DNA from: Eukaryota sp. TZLM1-RC
Taxonomy: Eukaryota; Protista; Metamonada: BaSk clade
Assembly (NCBI GenBank): GCA_040285825.1
Contig: JAUPSS010000004.1
Location: 2,274,550-2,338,549 of the forward strand
Length of the DNA stretch: 64,000 nt
Direction: 5' to 3'
In this document: one piece after another, positions 13,222-24,249 of the stretch
Layout of the letters: each line of letters starts with the position of its first letter
How positions within the stretch are numbered: position 1 is the stretch's first letter
Made by a program: the position numbers and the translations under genes
The notes under the pieces: generated by a model
Databases searched by the model: none
The model's input: only the letters and a program-made list of their open reading frames with translations
What the model was told of the DNA's origin: nothing

Positions 13222-14031
13222 TTAAATAATTTTACCTTGATCTTTCTGTATAGTTAGAAGGTATTCGTCTGAGAGAGAATTTTCCAATAAAACCAAATAT
13301 TTTTCCTTAACATTATCGTGATCAATGTACAAGCACACAAGAGGACAATTATCAAGTTTGTTCAAAACAAGCTCAATTGCCACGTCATTGGTCAAGGAAA
13401 GTCCTGCCAAATTGATTGATTCAATCCCATGAAGATTTGTATTGGTCAAGTTAATTAAAAAATTGGGGGTAAAATTATTGAACGAAAGATCCAAATTCAA
13501 CGGGAAAACAGACTCTGAATTATTAAACCTTAAAGAGTTTTCCCATTTGAAATTGTCAAGTTTGAATGCCCTTTTTACCAAAAAAGATGATAAAAATGAC
13601 GAATGATCATCATTTAGACCTATATTAATTAAATAAATATTAGTAATTTTGAGTGGAAAATGGTTGAGTAAATGGAAGAATTTAGGCGTGAGAGGTACTT
13701 TCATAGAAGAAAAGGTAACTGATTGTAGCGAGGAAGTTTTGGATAACAGCTCCATAAGCTTGAGCCAAGCAGCAGGTGGAAGGTGAAGGCCAATAAGCGA
13801 TAGTGAAAGTATGGTGGAGGAAGTACGAACTATGTAAAGGATGGCATTGATCAATTTACGATATACAGAGGAGGAGAAAAGAGTCTCAGCAAGGATGGTC
13901 CTTCTTTTGTTGCGAGGTTTACTAGAAGGGTTATATGAAACAAAAAGTTCCTGAATATGTACGGTTCTGAGTTCAGGTAGAAGGGATGAGATCTGATCTA
14001 GCGTTAAGTCATGGAGGTTGATGTGATCCAT
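13222..14031 (-). CDS. RNI-like leucine-rich-repeat protein, CEP78-like
   Basis: LRR-like LxLxxxxL segments; KLINAI..TSSTILSLSLIGLHL and KWENSLR resemble the CEP78 N-terminal LRR region (WAESLR). Confidence 0.6.
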   Translation of the reverse strand: MDHINLHDLTLDQISSLLPELRTVHIQELFVSYNPSSKPRNKRRTILAETLFSSSVYRKLINAILYIVRTSSTILSLSLIGLHLPPAAWLKLMELLSKTSSLQSVTFSSMKVPLTPKFFHLLNHFPLKITNIYLINIGLNDDHSSFLSSFLVKRAFKLDNFKWENSLRFNNSESVFPLNLDLSFNNFTPNFLINLTNTNLHGIESINLAGLSLTNDVAIELVLNKLDNCPLVCLYIDHDNVKEKYLVLLENSLSDEYLLTIQKDQGKII

Positions 14032-15349
14032 TCGAATAATCAGAGAAGTGAAAAAAACATGTTATAAAATTGTGAAAATTAGCAATCAATTTGAAATTGC
14101 AATCAGCATGTCAGACATCTCTCAGCGAGATTCTCCTGACATTTCACACTCTTCTAACATCATGCAGCAGAAGGAGAAAAAGGATAACGAGGCAACGGAT
14201 CCGGTTCCCACCTCCTATTTCAACCTGTTCTTCACACAACAGCAGAGTACTTCCTGCTGAACTCTTCAGTCGGGAACAGTCATCCTGCCTTACATGAATA
14301 AACGGAAGGTCAGAGCCTCGATTTCCTATGGGAGTTGTGGTTCTGATTCTTCCGGCGGGGGGGGGGTAGAGTTTATCACTTTTTTGAAACATCATGTGAA
14401 TCATGATATGGGTGCTGTTGAAACAGCCATGATGATAATCACCTCAGATATGGGTTGTTGCACTTTTTTGTGTTTTGTTTTATATTGTTGTTATTTTGAT
14501 GTTCTTCATTTTGTTGAAATTTGTGGTTTATGTACTTGCACTTTAGAGCTGGGATGTTGTGTCTTGAATTCTAATTTTGATAATGTTGAGATTGATGATT
14601 ATGTTCATAATTTGTGTTTTCAATGCAGTAGCTGCCAACATCTTCTATCAACAAACCCATTTCTGTTGATTTAAAAATGGATGGAGATGTTGAGGCAAAT
14701 ACTGTTCCCAGAAAGAGAAGAACCAATTCTAAATCAACTCAATATATCAGAAATTATTAGAAATGCGATCTTTGACCAACAAACATCAAAACGTAAGCGG
14801 AAAAACAACAACAAGCACTGAACCGAAAAATTTGTATCGTGAATACAGTGTTCAACATCGAAAACAGGAATATTGGACAAAGAAACAATTAAAACCAAGT
14901 ATGGTCAAAAAAATGGAGCCAAATCCTAGTGGCTTCAAGTCTGATCCATTGATTCAATTCAAATCAATGAACCCAAATCAAAATCTTCCCACTGTTATGT
15001 GCTTTGATTTGACACATATCAGGATGGTCATCTTTATCAAAATCATGATGGCCAATTTCTCCTGTCTGATGAGATTATCAACAGAAAGAGAAAAGAGGGT
15101 GCAAATTTTTTAATGAGAAAACTGATGAGCAAATGAATGAGTGGATTTTCGATCAGAAAGTTTTCAATTTTGATTGTAATTGATAGGTTTCACCGCCAAT
15201 TAGGCATTGAAATGATAAATGAAAAGAAAATGAAATTTCATCAGGAATTTACCCATATTTTACCAATTGATTGTTTAGCAACTTCTCCACTGAGACAAAA
15301 TTTGATTCCGTATAGGCTCCATGATTGTGTATTGTGTCTCAAACTTTTT

Positions 15350-17540
15350 GTATTGTTTCAAAATGATAAATTCATTTCATCTTATAAAACCATTCGAGTA
15401 ACCGTCAACTCAATATTAAACACTGAAATGTGATACTCAAATTACGAAAAACTGCTTCAAAATTTCAACAATGGCGAACTCATACTACATGTTGCTTGAA
15501 GCTGTATTTACAGTCCCGATTTGAACGTAATTTAGTACTTCCACAAATATCTGCCAAATAATATGAATCATGAATGACCAGAGTTCCTTATATTTCAGCT
15601 GAGTATTATGGGTCAACAATGGTAAAATCGTAAAGTGCATTTCCACAGGACTTTGAAGATTTTGTTTATGGTGAAGGAGTTTATACTTTGAGAACTACCT
15701 TTGAGCAACAAAATTTAAAACATAAATATACAAAACATTGAGTTCTCTTGATCACTTAAGACACAAGCCTCAACAGTTTCCATGATTTCCAACTGATGGC
15801 TTCAGTAGGCCACCTGAGTATATGGCCCCAATAACGTTTGCCAATTTTGAGAACAATTTGAAATTGAATTATGAAAAACAGATTAATCGTTCTATTAATG
15901 TTTACTTTGACAAATTAGATGTGGAAAATGTGTTAGCAGAAATGCACAAGCTGGGTGGATACTCAACACCATTATCTACTATAATTTCACTATATAGATT
16001 TAAGCTTGGTCAATTCAAAAACAGGTTTTTAGTTGATGAGACAGATTGCTTGAGTGCATTGTTTCATCATCCAGAAAATATTTTAGACCTTCAGAATGAT
16101 GAACTTTCCGATTTATGTGAACAACCTGATATAAGAAACAATGAATTTAGAGACATATTTGAAGGTCTTATTGAGCAATTTACTTGTCAAATTGAGAATT
16201 TGCTCACTGACAAGAATTTAGTTGACAACATATTTTCAGTGGATGTACATTTTCTTGCAGACGCTGTTGAAAAAGATCCTCGAATATTCCTAAAACCAGC
16301 AATTACAATTGCCCAATATATTTCCAGTAAAGAGAGAAAACCTTATCATAATTCTCCTGTTTCAACCACTGTAGGTCCTAGATATTTTCCTACTGATACA
16401 AGAACAATATGAATAATTGTTTAACAAACATTAATTGATGATTCATCATCTACACAGACGCTGAAAATGCCCAATACACTGGCCCAAATTACGAAATTCA
16501 AACCACCTCAGCAATTTGACTTTTGGTCTAATATTCTCGATTTAAACCAACCAATGTTGAAACAGGAGAGCTATGAATTCAATAACATTATCCACACATA
16601 TCGATTGAATATTGCAGTGGAATTTGTTCGTCAGCATTTACAAGGTCAGAAATGTAAGCCAGATAACAAGGCTAGTATTTCTGATTTATATATTGATGAT
16701 GTTGATGTTGATACTTTTCAAGACAAACGAATTGTTGTTTGTGATTCTGGAAAACGTGATTTATTGTATTTTGGGATTAAAAAAACGGATCAAGAATTAG
16801 CCATGGTTCCTGAACATGAAACTGAACAGCAAAGACATAGTCAGCTGATGAATCATATCAAAAAATTCAAATGGTTGAGAATGACTAAGACGTCCTGGTC
16901 TTTGAAAAGTAAGATTAATGAAAAACAAAAACGATGGGCGACAAGGTATAGTGAAGTAGATGACGACAGGAACCAAATGATAGAAACCGCAATGACAATT
17001 GAAAATGCAGACACCGAATTATCCTCGTTTGCTGCCAATTCATCAGCTTTTATAGATTTTTCCAACTTTGTGGTTGCCAAACTTCGGCAAGATTTTTTGA
17101 CAATTGACTTTTACAGTTTTGACTTGTGGAGCATTCATCAAATGCAAGCTTTTATTCACAAGCAAAAGACTGAAAGTTGGTTGTTAAAAGGCCTTGTTCA
17201 GCAGTTTGGCAATCCAAAAGTCACATTAATACTAATGGGTAAAAAAGGTTCCAAGAATTTGAAGTATTGATGATTAATGAAGTTTTCACTTCAGCAAAAT
17301 GTCCTGTTTGTTTTGAAAACGTTGCTACGTTTTTGAGAGTCGCAGATCCCAGATTCTATGGAAGAGAAAAGACCCCTGTTACTACATGTCATGGTGTATT
17401 GGCTTGTAATAGTGAGAGTTGCAAACTCAGTAACAAAGGCTCAACAAAGCTTTTCAATAGAAATAAACTGACTTGTCTGAATATGTTTGCCCTCAGTATA
17501 TGGGTGTTAGATAGTTTTTTAATTATTCCTCCCAAAAATT
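15350..17540 (+). pseudogene. Fanzor1-type TnpB-like nuclease (family Fz-1, copy A), fragmented
   Basis: N-terminal YKTIRVTVNSIL and NFENNLKLNY; RuvC-I VCDSGKRDL; RuvC-II INEVFTSAKCPVC; CNSESC..LFNRNK (RuvC-III position is N); several stops and frameshifts. Confidence 0.85.
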
Positions 17541-17591
17541 GATCATGCCATTTGTTAATTTGAATGATAAAGATTTGATTTAGAATATCAA

Positions 17592-18859
17592 ACCAGGAAT
17601 GTTGAAAAGTCACTTTTTTTCTTCAGCAAATTTGGGTGGTATTGGATTTACTAAATCTTCAATTTTGTGTCAATCAGCATTCTTGGGTGGTGGCAAAAAT
17701 TTGATTTATGAATTTTCTCGTAGATTTCCTAATGATTCTCATCTGTTAGTTCCCAGTTGCAGTCCATATTTGTATGAGTTATCTTGTGAACTTGAAAAAT
17801 TGCCACCACAAATTTGGACCAAATGTTTTCCTCAATCAATTCAAGAAATTCCAAACCAATCTCTTTTTAATTTACAGTTTTGCTGTAAAAAGCTTCAACA
17901 AAAATTGTCAAAGATTTTTGAAAGCTTGGATTTTGATGCTAGACTTGGCTTGGCCAAGAAAATGAATCCCGCTTTTGCAAATCTTTTACAAGATATGTGT
18001 GATAGTAATTCTGCCTTAGTAACATCAATTCCTCAAGTTTATGGTGCTCTTTTAACTGATTCTGCTTGGACTCTGAATATGAGATTTCGTTCCATTATCT
18101 GGCCTGATAATTTACCTCATAATTTAATTTGTAAATGTTCTCGAGAAATTACAATTACTTTTCATTTTTTTGCAAAAACTTTTTTACAATTACTCATTTG
18201 TTAAATTGTAAACATTTTATTACTTTTAGAAGCAAGGTTCATGATGCTGTAAGAGACCAGTTATATTGTATGTGTAAGTCTCATAGAATTGAATCCTTTT
18301 TGGAACTTCTGTTGTCAAATCTGTTTGATGCTGGAGATGATTTTCATAAGAATAATAGAGGTGATGTAATATTACCTGGATTAGATGGAAGCTTCATTTT
18401 ATTGGATGTAATGTCTGTTGATCCTTGTAATGCCTCAAATGAAAAGCTTGTTAATTCTGAAATTCATAATCCTCTTTCAAATGCTGAAAATTTCAAATTC
18501 AGAAAATACAATGAACCTTTGTCCAAATTGGCCAGTCTACAGCATGCAAAATACAATTTGTATTTATTTGTCTTTTCTCTTTATGGTTCACTTGCGCCAA
18601 CGGCTTTACGTTTTTTGGCAGATTTTGAAATATTTGTAAAGAGAAGAACCAACAGAACAGAAATTTCAACAGATTGTTTTGGCAAAATAGAATTGTGTTT
18701 TCTATTTTCAAGGGGATTTTGAAGATGGTTTCTGATGCTTTGTTTTCTCTTGGAGCTCACTATGAGAGAGTTGCATCTAGTGTTTTTGTTTTGGGAGAGA
18801 TGGATTTTTTAGATGTTGATTTATAGGATTTGAATAAAATTAAAATTAATTAAAAAAAA
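17592..18859 (+). mobile_element. 5'-truncated CRE-like retrotransposon (family R-D)
   Basis: Closely similar to 48445-49670; A tail; 12-bp TSD TTAGAATATCAA at 17580-17591 and 18860-18871. Confidence 0.92.
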
Positions 18860-18880
18860 TTAGAATATCAATTATTTAAA

Positions 18881-19540
18881 ATGCCTGGCGCGCCTCAATC
18901 CACTGGACTCAGTAAAGTCTTTATCGGCATCTCCGGCCTCATTGGAGCTGGTAAGTCTACATTAGCTAAAGCTCTTGCGGAATGCTTGGATCTCCCCGTT
19001 TATTACGAACCAGTCGCTGATAATGAATACTTGGAAGATTTCTATCAAGACATGGCACGCTATGCATTCCCCCTCCAGGTTTACCTTCTCAACCGTCGCT
19101 TTGAGCAACATCAACAGATAATCTGGCAAGGTAAAGGTGGTGTCCAAGATCGTACGATTTATGAAGATTCCGTCTTTGCCAAGATGCTGTGTGAATCTGG
19201 ATTAATGAATCAGCGTGATTATGAAACCTACCTCAACCTCTTTGAAAACATGTCTAATTTTATGAGAAAACCAAACATTATCATTTTTCTCGACGTCACT
19301 CCAGAGGAGTCATTAGAAAGAATCAAGAAACGCTCAAGAGACTGTGAATCTAGTGTCTCATTACAGTATCTCGAGGCTCTCTACAAGGCTTATAAGGACT
19401 TTATTGACGATATTTCCAAGGTAATTCCAGTCATTAGAGTTCGCTGGGATCAATTCCGTGATGTTGAAGATGTTGTTGAGTCCATTCGTAAGGAGTATGA
19501 AAACATTCAAAACATACGAAACGTTGATTGGGATAGTTAA
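18881..19540 (+). CDS. Deoxynucleoside kinase (dCK/dGK family)
   Basis: P-loop GLIGAGKST, YEPV, DRTIYED, ERIKKRSRDCE lid. Confidence 0.92.
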   Translation: MPGAPQSTGLSKVFIGISGLIGAGKSTLAKALAECLDLPVYYEPVADNEYLEDFYQDMARYAFPLQVYLLNRRFEQHQQIIWQGKGGVQDRTIYEDSVFAKMLCESGLMNQRDYETYLNLFENMSNFMRKPNIIIFLDVTPEESLERIKKRSRDCESSVSLQYLEALYKAYKDFIDDISKVIPVIRVRWDQFRDVEDVVESIRKEYENIQNIRNVDWDS

Positions 19541-19546
19541 ACATTT

Positions 19547-19613
19547 TTTTGCATTGTATTTGTAATAAAGTTAATCATTGTTTTGCATTGTATTTGTAAT
19601 ATAGTTAATCATT
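19547..19613. repeat. 34-bp tandem duplication in the dNK 3' UTR
   Basis: ttttgcattgtatttgtaata(a/t)agttaatcatt occurs twice. Confidence 0.8.
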
Positions 19614-19759
19614 TTTAATATGTGTTGATCAGTATTCATGAATGTTCGAATGTGAAGACAAGAAAAGGGTAAATTGTTTTGAAAATTAGACTGTTAGTAG
19701 CCTGATGTTATGATGCGCTGTTTTCAGAAATGAAATTGTAATTGTCTTCAATTATTAAA

Positions 19760-20459
19760 AATGTATTTGTTCGAATTCACCTCAACTCACTTTGCGCCAT
19801 GCTCTGAATTGCTTTAATTTGATAACTTATCGTTCTTCATTACATGATGCTGTTAGAGACACTGTTTTCAATATGGCACAAACTGCAAGGATATCGTGTA
19901 TCAAAGAGCCCCTGCTGAAGGAAACACTTTCTCTGAATAATTTTGGTTCTGATGATAGAGGTGATGTATACTGTGATTGGATTGATAATTCTGAAGCTAT
20001 TGTTGACTTTGTCTCATGTAATGTTGCAAATGATACTTTGGTTCACAGAAGAAAACTTAATCCTGTGGCTGCTCTGGATTTTAAAGCAAAAGAGAAACAC
20101 AGAAAATACGATAAAGATATTGAAGAGGCTAATGCTGATAGAAATACAAAGCTGGTTTTTATTGCTTTACCATTTTCGATAAGTGGAAGATTATCAGATG
20201 AAGTAGAAACTTATTTGGATGACTTCCAAAAAATGGTGCAAGAAAAAACAATGAAAAGATTTGATATATTATTATGGCGTTCACGGATTCAATTTGCCAT
20301 TATTAATAGATTACCACGGTTTTTCAATCGATTAAGAGACGCTTTGGCTAGACAGCAAGCAGATCAAGATTTTGTAGATGAAATCTTGGTTCAATGATTG
20401 TCGTCCCATTAGTTATGAGTTAATTTAATTAAGTGTGCAAATTCAATAAATACAAATAA
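19760..20459 (+). mobile_element. 5'-truncated CRE-like retrotransposon (family R-B), RLE part
   Basis: HALNC..LHDAVRD..RGDV..KAKEKHRKY; matches 60740-61435; 11-bp TSD CAATTATTAAA at 19749-19759 and 20460-20470. Confidence 0.88.
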
Positions 20460-20584
20460 CAATTATTAAATAATTTAATCATTTTCAAAGCCAAATTGAA
20501 TTTATTTGGTTGAACAATACGAAACTTGGGCTTCAGAAAGAAAAAAAATGTGAAATAATCAATAATGTACAGAAATTATATTAT

Positions 20585-21481
20585 TTAATTCAACTCAAGT
20601 TCATTAACAAGCCCTTTTAGACTAAAAGGTCTTGGTATTTTTTCAACCAATCCGACTAAATCTGTGGTATAATTATCCAATTCATTGTTACTTTGAGGTT
20701 GATCTTCCAATTTTGGAACACATTGCTGCAGAATTTCAACAGGATTATCACAATCAACGCCAATCTTTTCACCAATCAAATTGATTGCTTCTAGAATGCT
20801 ACTGAAAAGTTCATTTGTGTCATTATGGGCGTCCCTCTCAGCATTCAACTTCTCCTCAAGTCTACTTGCCTCTTCTTTTGCTTCCTTTAATTCTGTTTCA
20901 TGAAGCTTATACTTCTCTTCGTATTGCTCAAAGTCCAAAATTAACTGCTCTTTTTCCTCTTCGAATGCTCGAGACATTTCCTTCGAATGCTCTTCGTATT
21001 GTAGTGAAATCTCCACCAATGATTCATTTTTCTCTGTTAATTTCTTAATAGTTTCTTTCAATTGGGAAACCTCATTGTTGTGATTTTGAGCAGTTTCTGA
21101 TAATAGAACATTCTCCTTTAGTAGAACCTTGTTTTGTTTCTCAAACTCTTTTCGTTGTCGTTCAGCAGATAATAGTCTTTCTTCTGTTTGGCTCAGAAGG
21201 TCTTGGAGTTTTGTTATTTCTGACCTGGATTGGAGGGCCACCTTGGCAATGTTTTGGGAGTATTCCTGGCGTTGATGTGCAAGGTAACGAGGAAGTGTCG
21301 ATTCATCTGTTGGTAATGTGTTGGGAGATCCTATAGGAGAACTGCTAGGAGAGAGTTGTGGAGAAGAAGATTCAGTAGCTTCAAAACGAGAAATCATGGT
21401 CTTTAAAGATGAGTTCATCTCCCTCAAGTTGACAAGTCGTCTAGCAAATTCCTCTTGATTTGGTGAGGACTGGTTAGACAT
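20585..21481 (-). CDS. Coiled-coil hypothetical protein
   Basis: 298-aa ATG ORF, E/K/Q-rich heptads. Confidence 0.75.
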   Translation of the reverse strand: MSNQSSPNQEEFARRLVNLREMNSSLKTMISRFEATESSSPQLSPSSSPIGSPNTLPTDESTLPRYLAHQRQEYSQNIAKVALQSRSEITKLQDLLSQTEERLLSAERQRKEFEKQNKVLLKENVLLSETAQNHNNEVSQLKETIKKLTEKNESLVEISLQYEEHSKEMSRAFEEEKEQLILDFEQYEEKYKLHETELKEAKEEASRLEEKLNAERDAHNDTNELFSSILEAINLIGEKIGVDCDNPVEILQQCVPKLEDQPQSNNELDNYTTDLVGLVEKIPRPFSLKGLVNELELN

Positions 21482-21876
21482 GTGCAGAAGACACTATCGA
21501 AAAGTAATAGATGTGATGTCTTAGTTGATGTTGGTTGATTTTGGCCAATTATTTCACTCATTCATTCATTGTCTTTCTGTTGAATGATTCAGATTTTTGA
21601 ATCAAACACCTACAGTTTTCTCTACCATTATTACCACGTTATGAGTACATGACATAAACGTTACCTGCGCCTGCTGTGTCATGAATCACTGTTGGCACAA
21701 ATCATGCGTTTTTTAGTTTTAGAACAATCGCTTGAAAGCAAATTAATTCATGAAGACACATTGAATTTATGAAGGGATCCCATTTCAAATTCAACTCACT
21801 GTGGAATAAGGATTAACAGTTTCACACACCGAGTTTAGGAATAAATTATAACAATTTTTTTACTGATTCATTCTTA

Positions 21877-22678
21877 ATGGTATGTCCTGTGTTTCTGTTA
21901 ATCCTATTCAATCCTTGGTGCAGGTATCCTAACAAAGGAAGGACAAGTACTTGTTGCACGTCAAACTCTTTCTGGCGATAGTCTCAAAGTAGACTCTTAT
22001 CTATCAGCTTTTCCCAAACTCTTTTCTTCCTCTCGATCTGACTACAACTTTATAGATTCTGTTGATGTACGATATGTATTTCATTCAATGGAAAAACTCT
22101 TTATTGTACTTTTAACTTCACTTTCTTCAAACATTCTTGATGATAACGAAGCTCTTACACTAATCTCGCGGTGTATAAAATCAACGATACATAATCCAGA
22201 TCCCAATGCTGTCCGTAAGAATGCCGTTCTGCTTCTCCACTTACTTGACGAATGTGTTGGTTCAGGCCACCGTGAACTTGCATCCCCTACAGAAATCGAG
22301 AATAGACTCTCCATGTACAGTGCAGAAGAGGAAGCACAGGAGAAACACCGCCAGGAGACAGTAAATAAGCAGAAAGAATACGTCAAGAAACAAAGTGAGG
22401 AAGCCCTGCAACGTCGTTTAGTTTACTTGTCTTCAGGAGGTGATATCAAGAAGGAGTTTGAAATTGATGGTGGTATATCCTCAGAGTCAAGAAAGTCTAT
22501 GAAGTCCACTGTGTCACCTACCCTTCCAGTAGCTGTTTCTTCCACAGGGGGTGTTTCTAGGGAGACAAAGAGGGAAGCTACACCCGAACCCGTCATGACA
22601 AAGGAAGAAGAGGCAAAGGAGAGACCATCTAAACCCAGAATGACTCTCAAAGCCAAGAAAAAAGAAACATTGTTGTAA
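21877..22678 (+). CDS. ARCN1: Coatomer subunit delta (longin domain + helices); predicted intron 21880-21907
   Basis: Spliced N-terminus MSILGAGILTKEGQVLVARQ..LSAFPKL..VRYVFHSMEKL..SNILDD..LSMYSAEE matches the delta-COP N-terminus. Confidence 0.85.
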
Positions 22679-22894
22679 TTCAGCTGATTACATAAATAAA
22701 TAAATAATGCTTTATTGATGATTGAAAAACCAAGTTGATTAATTAATTATTGATACTACATCTGTACAAGTGAATGCATATACAAGAGTGAGGAACAAGC
22801 TGAAGAAAAAGAGAGGAAAGAAGTGCTCTGAACTGAGCTAGTTATAGTTATTGAACACAGCTATTGTAGTGAGCTTTAGAAAGAGTACCATCCA

Positions 22895-23106
22895 TTACAG
22901 TTCTGGGATGATGAGGGGATACATTTGTGCAACATAGACACTAAACCATAAAAGCCAACAGCAGAAGCCAGTGCCAATTACATAAAACCTAATGAGTCTT
23001 GAATAAGAGGGCAGAAAAAAACAAACGACTTATGTTCATGTTCACGGAAGACTGTGCAAAGAAAGGAGACTAAGAAGATGAAAACAATGGTGCCCAACAA
23101 AGGCAT
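22895..23106 (-). CDS. ATP6V0E: V-type ATPase subunit e (Vma9-like), 57 aa, with 38-nt GT-AG intron 22989-23026
   Basis: Spliced: MPLLGTIVFIFLVSFLCTVFREHEHKSFYVIGTGFCCWLLWFSVYVAQMYPLIIPEL; CCW..W...AQ.YPL.P motif; missed by the ORF track. Confidence 0.8.
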
Positions 23107-23189
23107 TGGACCAGTGAGAAGGAGAGAAGAAAGTGTTTGGAGAAAGCTTTGGCGAGTTCGCAATATTTTTTCTCAATTTATAAATTTCA

Positions 23190-23790
23190 ATTCGTTGTTT
23201 TCTGTGACCAAACAATTTGCCTAATCATTTAACATGTTAATGTGGTAATCCTGTTTCGTTTACTCATTTTGTGAACTGTAAGCATTTAATGACATTTAGA
23301 AGTAAAGTACTTAATAATGTCAGGGACCAAATTTATGTCATGTGCAAATCTCATCGAGTAGATTCCTTTGTAGAGCATGTGCTATCAAAATTGATTCTTG
23401 AGGACCCCAATATTGTTGGTACACACTACAATAGAGCTTATGTCGATCTGACAGAAGATGGTGACGACCGAAAGAATTGAAAGTATCTTCAGTAACCAAA
23501 CGAGAGAGTAATGATTCTAAATGGGAAACAACTCTTTGTGACTTTGACATGCAATAGAGTTGATCCCTAACTGCATCATGAATTTTTGATCGGAAAGTAA
23601 TCAAATGTTTACAATTGAACAGATGATTTGGAGAAATAATTAATCCACATTTACAAATCAAATTATGAGGCACGTTATCAGGCCAAATAAACCTCGAAGG
23701 TACATTGTACAAGCAAATGTGGTATCATCTAAATGAAGACCATAAATTTAAGGAATCTGAGTAATTAAACACAAAGTGTTCACAATCTGG
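23190..23790. mobile_element. Two retrotransposon RLE remnants fused in opposite orientations (R-C on +, ~23190-23455; R-E on -, ~23455-23790)
   Basis: NCKH..VRDQIYVMCKSHR on + (similar to 27750-28015); WPDNVPHNLICKC..HDAVRDQ on - (similar to 29650-29970). Confidence 0.75.
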
Positions 23791-24249
23791 AAAATGTCTT
23801 CTGCAAATAATTTTTTCTTAAATGCTGGTACCATATCAGTTCTGCTGGAGAATCTCGTAAATGGTTTCTTGCTGAGGTAGAGTGATATAAACATCATGGG
23901 TGCTGACCTCAAAGTGTTGCAAGACCATTCATTTATAGTGAAAATGATTCTATTATTGGTAAAACTTTTTTAATGCGGTACAGCATGAGATTCAATTTTT
24001 ACAGGAAGATTCAACTGTCGAATTACTGATGCCGTGTTGAGAAAATTGCGAAATAATGGACCACTATATCAGGAATATAAGTGGTTGTCCAAGTATTTCC
24101 GTTTCTCAAAATTGCTTCTTTTGCTAGTGAAACAAAAATTTCTTACAATAGAGTCCCTGAACACATTGTTTTAAAAAAAGAATTTAATATCAAAAGTTTT
24201 GCTTTATAAAACAAAAAAAACAAAATCTATGTACAAGAACCAACAAACA

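Noticed and set aside
14048-15113. Small ORFs conserved between 14-15 kb and 35-36 kb as accessory Fanzor genes
   Set aside because: Frames are not preserved consistently between copies; similarity is explained by the duplication
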